The position numbers and the translations under genes are program-made. A stretch of 64,000 nt of DNA from Dicyema japonicum (Eukaryota; Animalia; Dicyemida). The notes under the pieces were generated by a model that saw only the letters and a program-made list of their open reading frames with translations, was not told where the DNA came from and did no database searches. Positions within the stretch are counted from its first letter, which is position 1. Every line of letters begins with the position of its first letter. Location: the NCBI GenBank assembly GCA_011109175.1, contig RDEW01000001.1:1626360-1690359 (forward strand), in the 5' to 3' direction. Positions 39,619-51,819 of the stretch are shown here, piece by piece.

Positions 39619-42532
39619 ATGGAGGATCCAATCAACGATAAGAAGAAAAAGTAATAATAATCACATTTAAACGTAGAAAACAAAGCAAAAACCAAGTTGT
39701 AATGGAACCCCCACCAGAAGAGGAGCCACCTACTCGTGCAATGAAAACAGCAGCTCAAAAGAAGCAAGAAAAGAAACTCAGAGACAAGGAAAAGAGAAAA
39801 AACGCGAGAAACCAAGACCTAATCACTAATATCATCACAGAAGAACCAAATCTTGAGGAAGCTAAACCAGAGGACGAAACCCTTCAGGATCCTCCCCAAA
39901 CTGAGGAACCTACTCAGAAAAAGTCTAAAAAGAGAAACGCAGTATCTTTGTTCCTCTATAATCCAGATGGCAGCCAAACTCAGGGAGGCGATCATCATAA
40001 AGGAAAGAGAAGAGGAAAGGTTGCGTGCTGAAGCGGAAGTGAGGAGACTGAAGGAAGAAGAAGAGGAGAGACTACGAAAGGAAGCTGAGGAAAAGGCCAG
40101 GATCGCTTTGGAAGAGGCAAAGAGACGGGAAAAGGAGCTGAGAAAGAAGCAGATTGCCGAGAACAAACTGGCAAACAGTAAATTGTCCAAAGACCGTCAA
40201 AGGCTAAAGGAATTGCTCCAAAGAAGAGGTTATGTCATTTTGCCTATTTTTAGGACAGGATGCCACTCACTTAACTAAACTTCCTGGGGTAAAGTCGAAT
40301 TCTGTGGTCCCCAAAGTTGAGAATACAACAGTTTCTACGTATGAGGCCGTAGTTGAGGAGGAATTAGTGAGTGGTGGTAGATTATTGTGATGTTTTAGCC
40401 GAGGAGGAAGAATTTGAGGTTTATAAGGGGAACTCCAATCTGCCTCCTGACGAGAGAATCAAGGCAGATATTTTTAGCAAAGACGTGAGTGTAATAAACA
40501 GGGGAGATCCACTGACAACTTGAGGGCCCCTGTTGTGTGTGTTTTGGGGCACGTGGACACAGGAAAGACTAAAATTCTGGACAGGGTTTGCTCTGTTTCT
40601 TTTATCTCTTAGCTCAGACAAACCAACGTGCAGGATGGTGAGGCTGGGGGAATAACTCAGCAGATCGGGGCCACAAACGTGCCAATGTATGAGATTGTCA
40701 AAAAAACGGCTATGGTGAAAAATGTCTGTTTATTTGTAATTTGTTAGATTGATTGCTCAAAATACATGTTTCCTGGATTACTTATAATTGACACACCTGG
40801 ACACGAATCTTTTAGGTTAAGCGGGCTTTTTATTGCAGTAATTTGCGCTCTCGTGGGTCGTCTTTATGCGACATTGCTATTCTCGTTGTGGATGTTATGC
40901 ATGGGATACAGAAGCAGACTATTGAGTCAATTAAACTGCTTATCAAAGGCAACACCCCCTTTATTGTGGCTCTTAACAAGGTTTTTACTGTTTTATATTT
41001 CTAGGTGGACAGAATCAGTAAATGGAAGGTCAATCCTGACGCTGATATTAGAGATTTGATTAACTCTCAGGAGGTCAACTCTAAACTTGACTTTGAATCC
41101 AAATTTAATGAGATTTTCTGTCAGTTTACTGTCCAGGTATCTTATTTTGTAATTTCAGGGATTAAACGTCGCTATTTTCTATGAGAACGATGATATGAAT
41201 AATTGTGCTTCCGTTGTGCCCACTTCTGCCTGTTCTGGTGACGGAATGGGTAACCTAATCACCCTCGTGTGCGACATTTGCCAGGATAAACTAGCCAAGA
41301 GGCTCAGATATTCGGAAGAAGTGGACGCCACTGTTATGGAAGTAAGACAAAGTTGTTATTTTTAGGTAAAGACAATTACTGGATTGGGGACCACTCTGGA
41401 TTTGATTCTGGTGAACGGGAGAATCAATGAAGGGGATACAATAGTTGTTGCCGGACAGGATGGTCCTATTGTGACTTCCGTACGTGCCTTGTTGACTCCC
41501 CCACCAATGAAGAATTGAGGATTAAAGTTTTGCCAATTTATTTCATAATAGTCGAACTATATCCACCACAAGTCACTGAAGGGAGCCAGAGGTATGAAGT
41601 TAACAGCCAAATCTTTGGAAGGAGCCATTGCTGGATTGCCTCTCTTTGTCGCATATCACGAGGATGAAATTGAGATTTGTGAGGTAGTCAGAAATCGTTA
41701 TTTGTGCAGAGAGAAGTCGCCAATTGTCTGAAAAGTGCCTTAGGGAAGATTAAATTGTCTGAGCAGGGTGTCTACGTCCAAGCGTCTACGCTGGGTTCTC
41801 TTGAAGCTCTAACAGATTTCCTTGAGTACTGAGAAGATTCCGGTATTCATATTTATTATTATAGTTCTGTGGAATTAACGTCGGTCCTGTTCACAAGAAG
41901 GATGTGGTCCACGCTTCCGTAATGTTGGAAAAATGTAAAAAGTGGGCAGTAATATTGGCATTCGACGTTCCCATCGATAAGGCAGCTCAAGAACTGGCTG
42001 ATGTCAACGGTGTACAGATCTTCAAAGCTGATATTATTTATCATTTATTTGACAAACTCACAAATTATATAAAGCAAGAATATATCAGAGTCAAGAATTT
42101 GTACCGTTCACGCGCTGTTTTCCCTTGCAGATTGAAAATTCTGCCGGATTATATAATAAAGACGAGGGATCCGATCATTTTGGGAGTCCTAGTGGATGAG
42201 GGCACAGTATTTGTTGGGACACCGATTTGTGTTACCACGGGACTTTTCCTTGGTCATGTGGCTTCTATTGAGTCTGGGAATTGTCCTGTTGATAATGCTC
42301 GTAAAGGATCCGAGGTTTCAATAAAGATCGTTTTCAATGGGAGTGAAGGAAAGAAGATGTATGGACGGCATTTTACCGATCAGAACTGCCTTGTTAGTCA
42401 GGTGATGTGTTTCTCTGATTGTAGGTTACGAGAGAGTCTATTGATATTCTTAAGGAGTATTTTAGAGAAGATTTGAATAAGAGTGATTGGAAGCTTGTAT
42501 TGGAACTTAAGGCAATTTTCGGGATAGTTTAA
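39619..42532 (+). CDS. EIF5B: Eukaryotic translation initiation factor 5B
   Basis: Charged N-terminus; G domain [43 protein letters not shown] and ALNKVD; [11 protein letters not shown]; VFPCRLKI. About 15 micro-introns; two apparent 1-nt indels (~41511, ~41821). Confidence 0.95.
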
Positions 42533-42534
42533 CA

Positions 42535-42641
42535 TTTTTTTGTTTTTAAATCTTTATTTAAATTAATTTGTTATTTTTTAAATCTTTATTTAAATTAGTT
42601 TTGTTTTTTTGTTTTTAAATCATTATTTAAATTAATTTGTT
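42535..42641. repeat. Three ~35-bp AT-rich tandem units right after the eIF5B stop
   Basis: TTTTTAAATC(T/A)TTATTTAAATTA(A/G)TTT repeated three times. Confidence 0.85.
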
Positions 42642-42649
42642 ACATAACA

Positions 42650-42845
42650 TGTAGTCCTTTGTGTGTGGGTCCTTTCTAGACAATCCAGTTCCGCAGTGAG
42701 AGTCCACTGATGACGGCGTCACTCGTCAAGCCTTGTTAGCATCGTAGATGCGTGGAACCTTCCACCAGGTGAACAGCAGCGAGATTCGAACCCGTAGCCT
42801 AAGCCACTTAAGCCCGACACCTAACCACTAAGCCACCCAGCTGTA
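42650..42845 (-). mobile_element. tRNA-derived SINE family A, best-preserved copy
   Basis: Minus strand A-box TGGCTTAGTGG and B-box GGTTCGAATC, no intact cloverleaf, body shared with other copies. Confidence 0.75.
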
Positions 42846-43639
42846 GTAGGTGAGGACCAGAAATACGCTTCCAGGCGAGGTGGCCCTTCAATTCTAAATC
42901 GAATTCTTGCGGTTTAGATAGGATTTTTTAATCAAAACGAGATTTTTCAATGGTACTAATAGAACGTTGGTTCATCCGATGGACCTTTATTCCGAATTTT
43001 TCATTTTTGTTGTTAACAAATTTAATCCCCTAGAAATTTTAATTATTACCAACATAAACACACTCCATGTGAAAACCCGGAATTTCAGTTTCTTGAAAAT
43101 TGTCTACCCCCAAAAAGTTTGGACAAGTGGTTTAAATCCTAAGAATTGGTCCTCAACGGCACTCTGAAAAGTGCTTATTTTAGGCCCAAAACCGCATTTA
43201 TAATAATTTTGTTACATAATTTTTTAAATAACAACAAAATTGATTTTAATCTAGGGAGTTGAATGCTGTTTCATCTGGATGTCATCCAGTCTAACATAGA
43301 TCCTTGGTGACTCTTTGGATCCGATTCGACGGACTAGGCGTCCGCTAGTGGAACAATGATTCTTGATGTCTCAACAGAAAATAGGACAAACAAATGATCC
43401 TCTGAAGTGCTCTGATACTTCCATGGTCTGAGTCCGAAGCTGAAGCGGTCAATTTTTTGGAGAGTACGTTTCAACACACAACGTCCCAAACCAGGTTTCG
43501 ACCACTAGCTTATAAGAAAGTCGTCATCCCTTTGGGGGGTTCGCCATCGCTCCGCAATATCCTATTGTATTTTTAATTTTTCCGATTTTGTCATTTTTTA
43601 TCAATCTTTTTTCCCTCTTATTTTGTAAAGCTTTAAATT

Positions 43640-43750
43640 CTCCCTTCTCAAGAAATCTTTCAGATTCCATAAATGTTGAATAGGAAAAAGCAACCCCAAC
43701 AACAACTTTACCACCACCAAACTTCACTGTGGCTATGATATACAGCAAAC
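43640..43750 (-). mobile_element. Tc1-type transposase fragment
   Basis: ATVKFGGGKVVVGVAFS matches the Tc1 TVKHGGGSVMVWGCFS motif. Confidence 0.6.
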
Positions 43751-43779
43751 CCTCATTAATCCTAACAAAAAATTTGGAT

Positions 43780-44600
43780 GCCTTTCGGATTGTGAAAAAA
43801 GATTTCGTTCTATCATCAAAAAAATATTTCGTTCTCGTCGATCATTTCTGTTTGAATTATTTTCTTCTAGCAAGTCCTTCCAGTTTTTTTTGTACTCATT
43901 CAAAGTGACTTCCATATAATCAAAAATAAGCCTTTTCATAATAATGCCTAAAGTTCATGATTATCCCGAATTGATTAGTTGTAGATGAACAGTTGTGTTT
44001 TTTGTAAGGAATATAATTTTAATTTTCAAAAAATTTCGTTAAAACGTGCCTTGGAGCATCTATCAGTAAAAATAACTTTTTTCTTTAACAGTTTATTTCA
44101 TCGCTAAGATGACAGATGATAACACTAAAAAGTTTTTTGTCATCCAAACCATTTTGTTTGCATATTAAATTATTTTTTAAGTCAAAATCTTTTAAACATC
44201 TTGGCCTTTGACTTGCCAAATAGAAAAAGGTTAATTTTTATTGTTCCAGTAGCATAGCTATAGTGATTCTCACTTTTGATTGCTTATTCTTTTTTACATG
44301 AAATTGTTGTAGAAAGGAGAGATTGAAAAAAGATTCCAGTTTCATCCATGTTTAGCAATACGTCAGGTCACTTCTTCTAGCTTATCAAATATATCAAGAT
44401 CATTGACTCCAAGCTTTTCACCAAATACTTTTTTTTCGAAATGATGACCCTTTCAGTAATAAAACCATTGATAGCATCCACCCTTTAAATCCATTCAACA
44501 CGAGAATTATCAAGTTCACAGTTTTCCAGTTTTTCACTGTTTTTAAGAATTTTTGAAAGCTTCGATTTCACAAATAAAGGTTAATTTTTATTTCACAGAT
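43780..44600 (-). mobile_element. Decayed Tigger/pogo transposase
   Basis: KVFGEK, LNMDETGIFF, KQSKVRITI, PRCLKDFD, WMTKNF and GIIMNFRHYY remnants. Confidence 0.7.
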
Positions 44601-46150
44601 ATGGGATAATTCTTTAATCTAAGAATTAGGAATATATTTTTATAGTCATTTTTTATTTCGCAAATCTTTCTTTCCCGTGCAATAGAAATTTCGGTCCTCT
44701 TTCTAAGCCTAAAAAGACTGCCAAAAGGAAAATCTTTTCGTGAAGTCTATTTTGTTCAATTTCATCCTTTCCTGTTAGACGACATACATCCTTTTTTAGA
44801 TCCAAACGATTTTTTGATTTTCTACGACCAGATCTACCAACATAGATTTTTTGCTTTTAGTTAAGATCCTCGACCTTTCAGAGCCTTGACGAACTTCGGT
44901 GGCCCCGTATTTTTGCTTGTCAACAAGAAATCACCCAGAATTATTAGAGGTATCTGTTTTTTTAATTTTCGACAGGGAGGATTTGAACAAGCTTAGTTGA
45001 TGTGTCCACTTTTCATTTGCTCAAAACATACCGATTTTGACTCCTCCCGAGTCCATTATATATTTCATGTCTGCAAAGGGAGGACAGGGGATCTCATTCA
45101 TGTTTAATTACTTAAATGCACTCACACGTTGCCCATAAGCATGTGAATACTGAGGGTTCCGTGTTCTTCACTATCCGTTCTACCAACTTTCTTCTCGTCT
45201 CGACATTAATGGCAGACATAATCGATTTCTTTTTACAATATCCAATCGAGTGATAACGATTATGTCAGTAACTCTTGAGTAGCCGATTGATAGATGAACT
45301 GCAAAGCCCATTCCATAGAGACGGCAGCCGGACGGTAGTAGTATTAGCCGAAATTTCCGTAGAAAACACCCCTGGTGACTGTGGTTTGAAAGATATTGAT
45401 TGTTACAAAAAATCAATATTTTAAATTTTCTAATAAACACGTCAATGATTAAGAAATTAAATGAATAAATAAATCATTATTCTTTTGAATAAACTGACGT
45501 CATTTAAAAATTTTAATTAAATAATAAATTAGTGATTTTTAAAAAAAATGGCTAAATACTGATTTACGATTGATATCAGTAAATTGAAAAATTAATGCTT
45601 TGTACTGAAGAAAACTCTAAGAGTTTATTTATTGAACGAAAACATGGAACCACATAAGTTTAATTTGCCTCCAGCTAACACATTGGCATGATCCGATGAA
45701 GTTTCCGTAACCTGGAATACTTTTTTTTAGTAATGAACTCTAATGATTGACAACCCACCTACGATTTGTTGGAAAACGCGTTCTCAATCAGCCATCCCCT
45801 CTTGCTAGGAAGAAAATGTCCTAAAATACTCCTCTAATATAAAATTGGCGATCAAAATGAGACGAAACTCGATCAAAGTGAGACTTTTTATTATTAATTC
45901 GTGTGGGGTGCCACATGTATCGACTGCTTTTCTCATGCCAACATCATCGAAAGGGCTGTAAATGCATTGTTCGTGACAGAAAGAAGAAAGTCTAAAGGAA
46001 AAAATGTGAATGATTCACGTTATGCGCAAACTCAAAAGCTCTGACGTCCGTAAAACCTAATTAATTTTCCAGTTGATCTAAATCGTTATCGTGTGAGGGA
46101 ACGCCGAGTAATTCTTCATTTCTTTCCTGTTTCTTTTATTTATTTGTTAA

Positions 46151-46297
46151 TAATAATAATAATACCAGAGACCACGGTTACACAAACTAACTAATCGCGT
46201 GATCCCAGCACGCTCTAACAGGGACCTCATCTTGACCCGATGTTCCTCCCTCGACCCCAAACAAGCACGTATCGGTCGAGTGACTGGATCTTCGCAG
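46151..46297 (-). repeat. Retroposon 3' end with (TAA/TTA)n tail upstream of aconitase
   Basis: Inverted close match to 31130-31218. Confidence 0.75.
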
Positions 46298-46464
46298 TCC
46301 CAAATGACAGTGCTTCAGTTCATGTCATTTGAATGTTATATGCCTCAGAACTCTATAAAAGCATTTTAATAATAAAAAAATATTTAATTTATGCAATATT
46401 AGAAAGAATTATTAATTTTAAACATATAAATATTAACTTTCAGCAGTGACTGATTCGTTATTGT

Positions 46465-49105
46465 ATGCGGCTTTTGACAGTAAACCAATTAATGAGACAA
46501 AATTTTGTGCGATATTTATCCTCAAAGGTGGGTTTTAATAGTAATCACAGATCCCCTTGAGCCAGTATGAGAGTAACGTCTACCTCTCCTTTGATAAATA
46601 CAGAACTAACGTTAATGTCGTCCGTGACAGGCTCAACAGACCGTTGACACTCGCGGAGAAGATTATTTACGGGCATTTGGATAACCCTCACGAACAATCG
46701 ATAGCACGTGGGGAGAGTTATCTCAAATTACGCCCTGACCGTGTTGCCATGCAAGATGTTACCGCCCAAGTTTTAAAATCTTAACATTCCCAGATGGCAG
46801 TGCTTCAGTTCATGTCTTCTGGTTTGCCACGTGTCCGAGTGCCTTCTACTATTCACTGTGACCACTTAATCGAAGCGGTAGTAAATAACGAGAAGGATTT
46901 GGACAGAGCCTTGGTCACAAACAAGGAGGTCTACGATTTCCTCAGCTCAACTGCTGCCAAATACGGGATTGGGTTCTGGAAACCCGGTAGTGGGATCATC
47001 CACCAAATCGTCCTGGAGAACTACGCCTTCCCAGGAGCTCTTATAATCGGGACTGACTCACACACGCCAAACGGGGGTTTCTTTTATTGTTGAACTGTTA
47101 GGTGGACTTTGCTCTATTGCCATTGGAGTTGGTGGTTCTGATGCTGTGGATGCCATGGTGGGAATTCCTTGGGAGGTGAAGTGTCCCAAGGTTTGGCTAG
47201 GAGTTATTTCAACAGATTATGGGTGTCAAACTGACTGGAAGGCTTAACGGCTGGACTTCACCCAAGGATATAATCCTCCATTTATTGGGAATGTTGACTG
47301 TGAAGGGAGGCACTGGCTATGTGTTCGAGTATTTTGGGGAGGCTGTGAACTCGATCTCTTGCACAGGTTCATCGTTTGTTTAAGATCAGGAATGGCCACA
47401 GTCTGTAACATGGGAGCCGAGATTGGGGCAACGACTTCTTTGTTTCCCTACACAAACTCAATGTACAATTATCTGCGGGCTACAAACAGAGAGGCCATCG
47501 CTGAGTATGTCAATGAGAATAGGGACTTTTTGAAGGCTGACGATGGCTGTTCTTATGACCAAGTCATCGAGATTGACCTCGACAAAGTTCAAGTTTCTCT
47601 AATATTAGCTCGAACCCTATGTGAATGGTCCCTTCACTCCTGACCTAGCGACACCAATCTCAAAAATGAAAGAAGTTGCCGTCAAGGCTGGCTGGCCAAT
47701 GGACATTTCTGCAGGTTCCCCTGTCCATTTATTTCAGCGTTGATTGGAAGTTGTACTAACAGTTCTTATGAGGATATGACGAAGGCATGTTCAGTTGCTA
47801 AGGAAGTCATCAAAAAGGGGCAGAAGTCAAAGATCTACTTTGGAGTGACCCCCGGATCCAACCAGATTCAGGCAACCATTGAGAAGGATGGATTGGTTTT
47901 ATCTCCAATTAATAGCAGGCGGATATTTTCTACGAGTTCGGGGCCACGATGCTAGCAAACGCCTGTGGTCCTTGTATTGGACAATGGAAAAGGGAGAATA
48001 TGCCAAAGGGGACACATAATCGATTGTGACGTCTTATAATCGCAATTTTACTGGTCGGAATGACGCCAATCCTCAAACCCACTGTTTTGTGACCTCCCCT
48101 GAGATTGTGACTGCCTTTGCCGCCTCTGGTAGACTCGACTTTAACCCTTATACCGATGAAATTGTTTCTTCTGATGGTTCGGCTTTTACATGTTAATATG
48201 CAGGAAAAACACGCTTCAAGCTTTCGGAACCAAAAGGAGTTGAACTACCGAAGTCATTCGACCGCGGAGTGGAGGGATATTTATCCCCTCCCGAAAGCGG
48301 CTCAGCCTTGGACGTTGTGATTGACCCTGAAAGCCAGAGACTTCAAATATTGAAGCCATTTAAAAAGTGGGATGGAAAGGATTTTACCGAATTGGCGGTT
48401 CTAATAAAAGTTCCGGTTTGTAGTTACTCAAAGGTAAGAGGGAAGTGCACGACAGATCACATAAGTGCTGCTGGACCGTGGCTGAAGTACAGGGGACATT
48501 TGGACAACATAAGCAATAATATGTGCATAACGTGAGTCCCACGTGATTTGTCGTAGAGCTACCAATGATGATAACGGGGAACTGAACTGTGTGATGAATC
48601 AGCTGACTGGAGAGTATGGAGGTGTCCCCGAGACGGCGAGGTACTACAAGGTGGTGTATTGGGGGTATTAGAGGCCAATGCACTTCGGTGGGTCATCATT
48701 GGAGACGACAATTATGGTGAAGGGAGTAGTCGGGAACATGCTGCACTGGAACCGAGGCATTTGGGGGGTGTGGCCGTCATTGTTAAGAGTTTTGCTAGAA
48801 TTCATGGTTTTTTGTGCCTTATATTAGAGAAACCAATTTAAAGAAGCACGGAATGCTACCATTGACATTTAGTGACCCCAAGGATTACTCTAAAGTCCAG
48901 CCTGAAGATCGTCTATCCATAATTGGCCTCACTGAAATGACTCCTGGAAAGGTTGTGGTCATTGTTAATGCAGGACCTCAAATGCTTGGTTGCTCATTCT
49001 AATGGAGAGACGGAAGAGGTTTGGCTGAGTCATTCCTTCAGTGAGGAACAAATAAAGTGGTTTCGGGCTGGAAGTGCTCTCAATTTTATGGCTACTCAAT
49101 CATAA
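46465..49105 (+). CDS. ACO2: Mitochondrial aconitase (aconitate hydratase)
   Basis: Presequence [20 protein letters not shown]; [58 protein letters not shown] and [16 protein letters not shown]. 14 introns of 22-27 nt; one apparent 1-nt deletion at ~48020. Confidence 0.97.
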
Positions 49106-50264
49106 CAATACTAAGTGTGACTAATAATTTTAAAATTAATAATTTGACTTGTGAACTATGTTTTATTAGTCTCCTTAGATCTCTGGTTGGTTTGCTGTTA
49201 TTACTTAAAGGTTTTAGGCCCTACGTGAATAATCCTTTCGCTGTGGTTTTTTTGATAAGAGATTGAGAACCCGATATTGGAAAAGATATGATAAGAAATG
49301 TGTTTTTTAGGTCTCACGTGAAGGTGATTCCTGGGAAAGGGAATTAAAACAAAAATGTTTAGACGCTGCATGAATGGACTTGTTAATCCGATTAGATAAT
49401 TATTCAGTAATTCCCACAACTACTAATTAAAAATTTTAGGGGATAGTTGTGTTTTCCCCTGTTTACGTTAAACTTGAACGTTCTTGGAAATAGTCGCGAT
49501 TTCGCTCAACCTTGTTTTTCACCTACAACTTTGTTTCCTTATAATCAATCACTAATGTTTTGTTATCATCCATGTATTTCTCTATTGGTGCTACTTTCTA
49601 TAAAAAAGGTGTAAGTGACTTTGGTTCCTCTGTGGCGGTTGACTAGGGATCATTCAGATCCACGTTCTTTCCAACCAGTTACATGAGATCATCGAAATAC
49701 TTCTCATTTATCTGTGGATAATTTGTTCTAATAATTTGGAACTAATTCTCAGCAAAGTAGTTTGGATTAGAGTATCAGAGTCGCATATTTCTAATGTCGT
49801 TAGCCACGGGAGTGATAATGCAATGATAAATACAACCACTGTTGTTAGGTTGAGGGTGAGAAGGGACGAAAAGAACAAGTCAGTTGATAAAAGTAGGAAT
49901 TTCGAAGGCTTTAATATAAATTAAGGACACACATTCAATTTACTTGAATAAAGGAAGACTCTCAGCCAAATCTGTGTGATAAGACATTCAGCAGTCACGT
50001 GTCTAATGTGGTCAATACGGAAGCTAACTTTGTAAAAATGCTGCTTCCCAAATTCAAAAAATTTTTTAACTCAACGATAGGACCTTTTAAACCTCAGAAA
50101 ATCCAGTCAAGTGAGTTATGGTTGCATCACGTGGGGAATGAAAAACTAGCGAGAACACATCGAATAACTCGGCATCAAAGGTACCGATCAATCTACCAGA
50201 TCCCTGGCATTATGATGCGGGAAACCCCTTTCTAATTGTACTTTGAGGGATTGTTAGGATATAA

Positions 50265-50440
50265 TTGGAATGGCGCAGTGTAATGAGTGCCGGAACAAAT
50301 GGTCCCAAGTTCGAATCTCATTGCTGTCCGCTTCAGTCGAAGGTTCCCAGTATCTATGATGTTTCTGGGATTGACGAGTGACGTCATAATCAGTGATTAA
50401 TGACCGCGGAATCGGATTGTCTCAGGGACTCAAGCAAAAG
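50265..50440 (+). mobile_element. tRNA-derived SINE family A copy
   Basis: TGGCGCAGTG A-box, GTTCGAATC B-box and shared body TTGACGAGTGACG...CGGAATCGGATTGTCT. Confidence 0.7.
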
Positions 50441-50929
50441 AAAAAAAGTTAAGAAATCCTTCAATGTCTTGGATTACTTAACATGACTGTTCTTTCCTTC
50501 TTAAATAAAGTGTGAGTTCTGCCTAAGCTGAGATGAGTAATGGAAACATTACTGGTCGTCGGCGGAAGGGCTCAATTAATGCCAAAAAAGGCAAGTTAAT
50601 TAAAATAGGCAATGCTGAAGGATCTGCCAAAATACCCAGAAGTTTATTTTAGAGAATTTGAAAAAAATATTAAATTTTATGTTTCTAATGTGGCTTTAAG
50701 TGACAATTTAAAGGTAACAAACTTCTCTTCACAAAAAAACCAATATATCACTTTGATGGAGGTCGAAATACCATCAAAGCTCAAAAGTTAACCTACCTGG
50801 ACAAAATACTCATAAAATTGGGTTCCTTTGCTTTCATGTCTTTAACACAGATATACAATTTGTTCAATCAAATCTCTATATCAACCATCTGGAAGCTATC
50901 TGATACACTTCCGATCTTGAATCCTGGGT

Positions 50930-51500
50930 GACCGTATCCATACTCTTATGAAAGGTAATTCTCGATATGATCCTCCCATATCTCTTATATGGATTCAAGA
51001 GTGGTCTCTTAATGGGAACCCACCACACAGGATTCATTTCCTACAATGCAAACGGGAACATCAAAAGGGCTTCATCGCAATAACTACGTTGATTGCACAG
51101 TGTCTTGGACACCTTACTGCAATCCTTCGACAGGAGAGAGCATGAGACCTTTCGTCGAACATTCTTCCATGGGTCACGCAGACATCCACTCCGAGGCAGA
51201 CCCAAATTCTCGTGGCGTCGTCATCCAATAGTATCCTAAGTGAGTTGCATGGAAGACTCTGAGCCATTCGCCACTTTAGTTCGTCGATCTGGCGAATAAG
51301 ACCAGTAGAAGCATTGAACAAAGATGATTATTTAAATATTCAAGTTCGTTGGAACTCCCTCTGAAGAATTCAATATCTTTTCCTAGTGATTGAGGATGCT
51401 TGCGTTTGCATGTTTAATAAGCTAGATGACTTCATAGCCTCGTTAGAAAAATCCGCACCACATTGCATACATAAGGCTTTTAGTGGATCCTTTGGATTTT
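50930..51500 (-). mobile_element. CRE-like element zinc-knuckle/RLE relic
   Basis: SGEWL...LDDDATRIWVCLGVDVC...HALSCRR..RCPRHCAIN. Confidence 0.75.
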
Positions 51501-51819
51501 GAATAAAACCATAAGACATATGGTTCTCTTCATAATCACTTATTTTTTAACAGGTCACATCAAAAAGTTGCACGGTTTATTATTTAAATTATTTAAAATA
51601 AATTTATTTGTAAATACATCACAATTAAAAAAATCCTTAATTAAAAAATCGCAATTTCTATTAATCACTTGGTATTCTTCTCTCTCAAAAAAAGATTATT
51701 TTTAACTATTTGATTTCTCCCTTTTTATATTCTTTTGACTATATGTGTCTTCCAGACTATTCAATCTAAATTGTTATGTCGTCTACATCATCTCAAGATT
51801 ATTTCCATTAATAATAAAA

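Noticed and set aside
39549-40190. Minus-strand hydrophobic ORFs
   Set aside because: Antisense shadows of the K/E-rich eIF5B N-terminus.
41505-41835. In-frame TGA codons in eIF5B suggesting a variant genetic code
   Set aside because: They are explained by 1-nt indels, and TGA, TAA and TAG are all used as normal stops by genes in this window.
43975-44010. VDEQL piggyBac-like motif on the plus strand
   Set aside because: It lies within a minus-strand Tigger transposase relic and is a chance match.
10317-49105. Apparent cluster of mitochondrial genes (MGME1-like, frataxin, aconitase)
   Set aside because: They are 8-27 kb apart and interleaved with unrelated genes; three of eight is not evidence of functional clustering.
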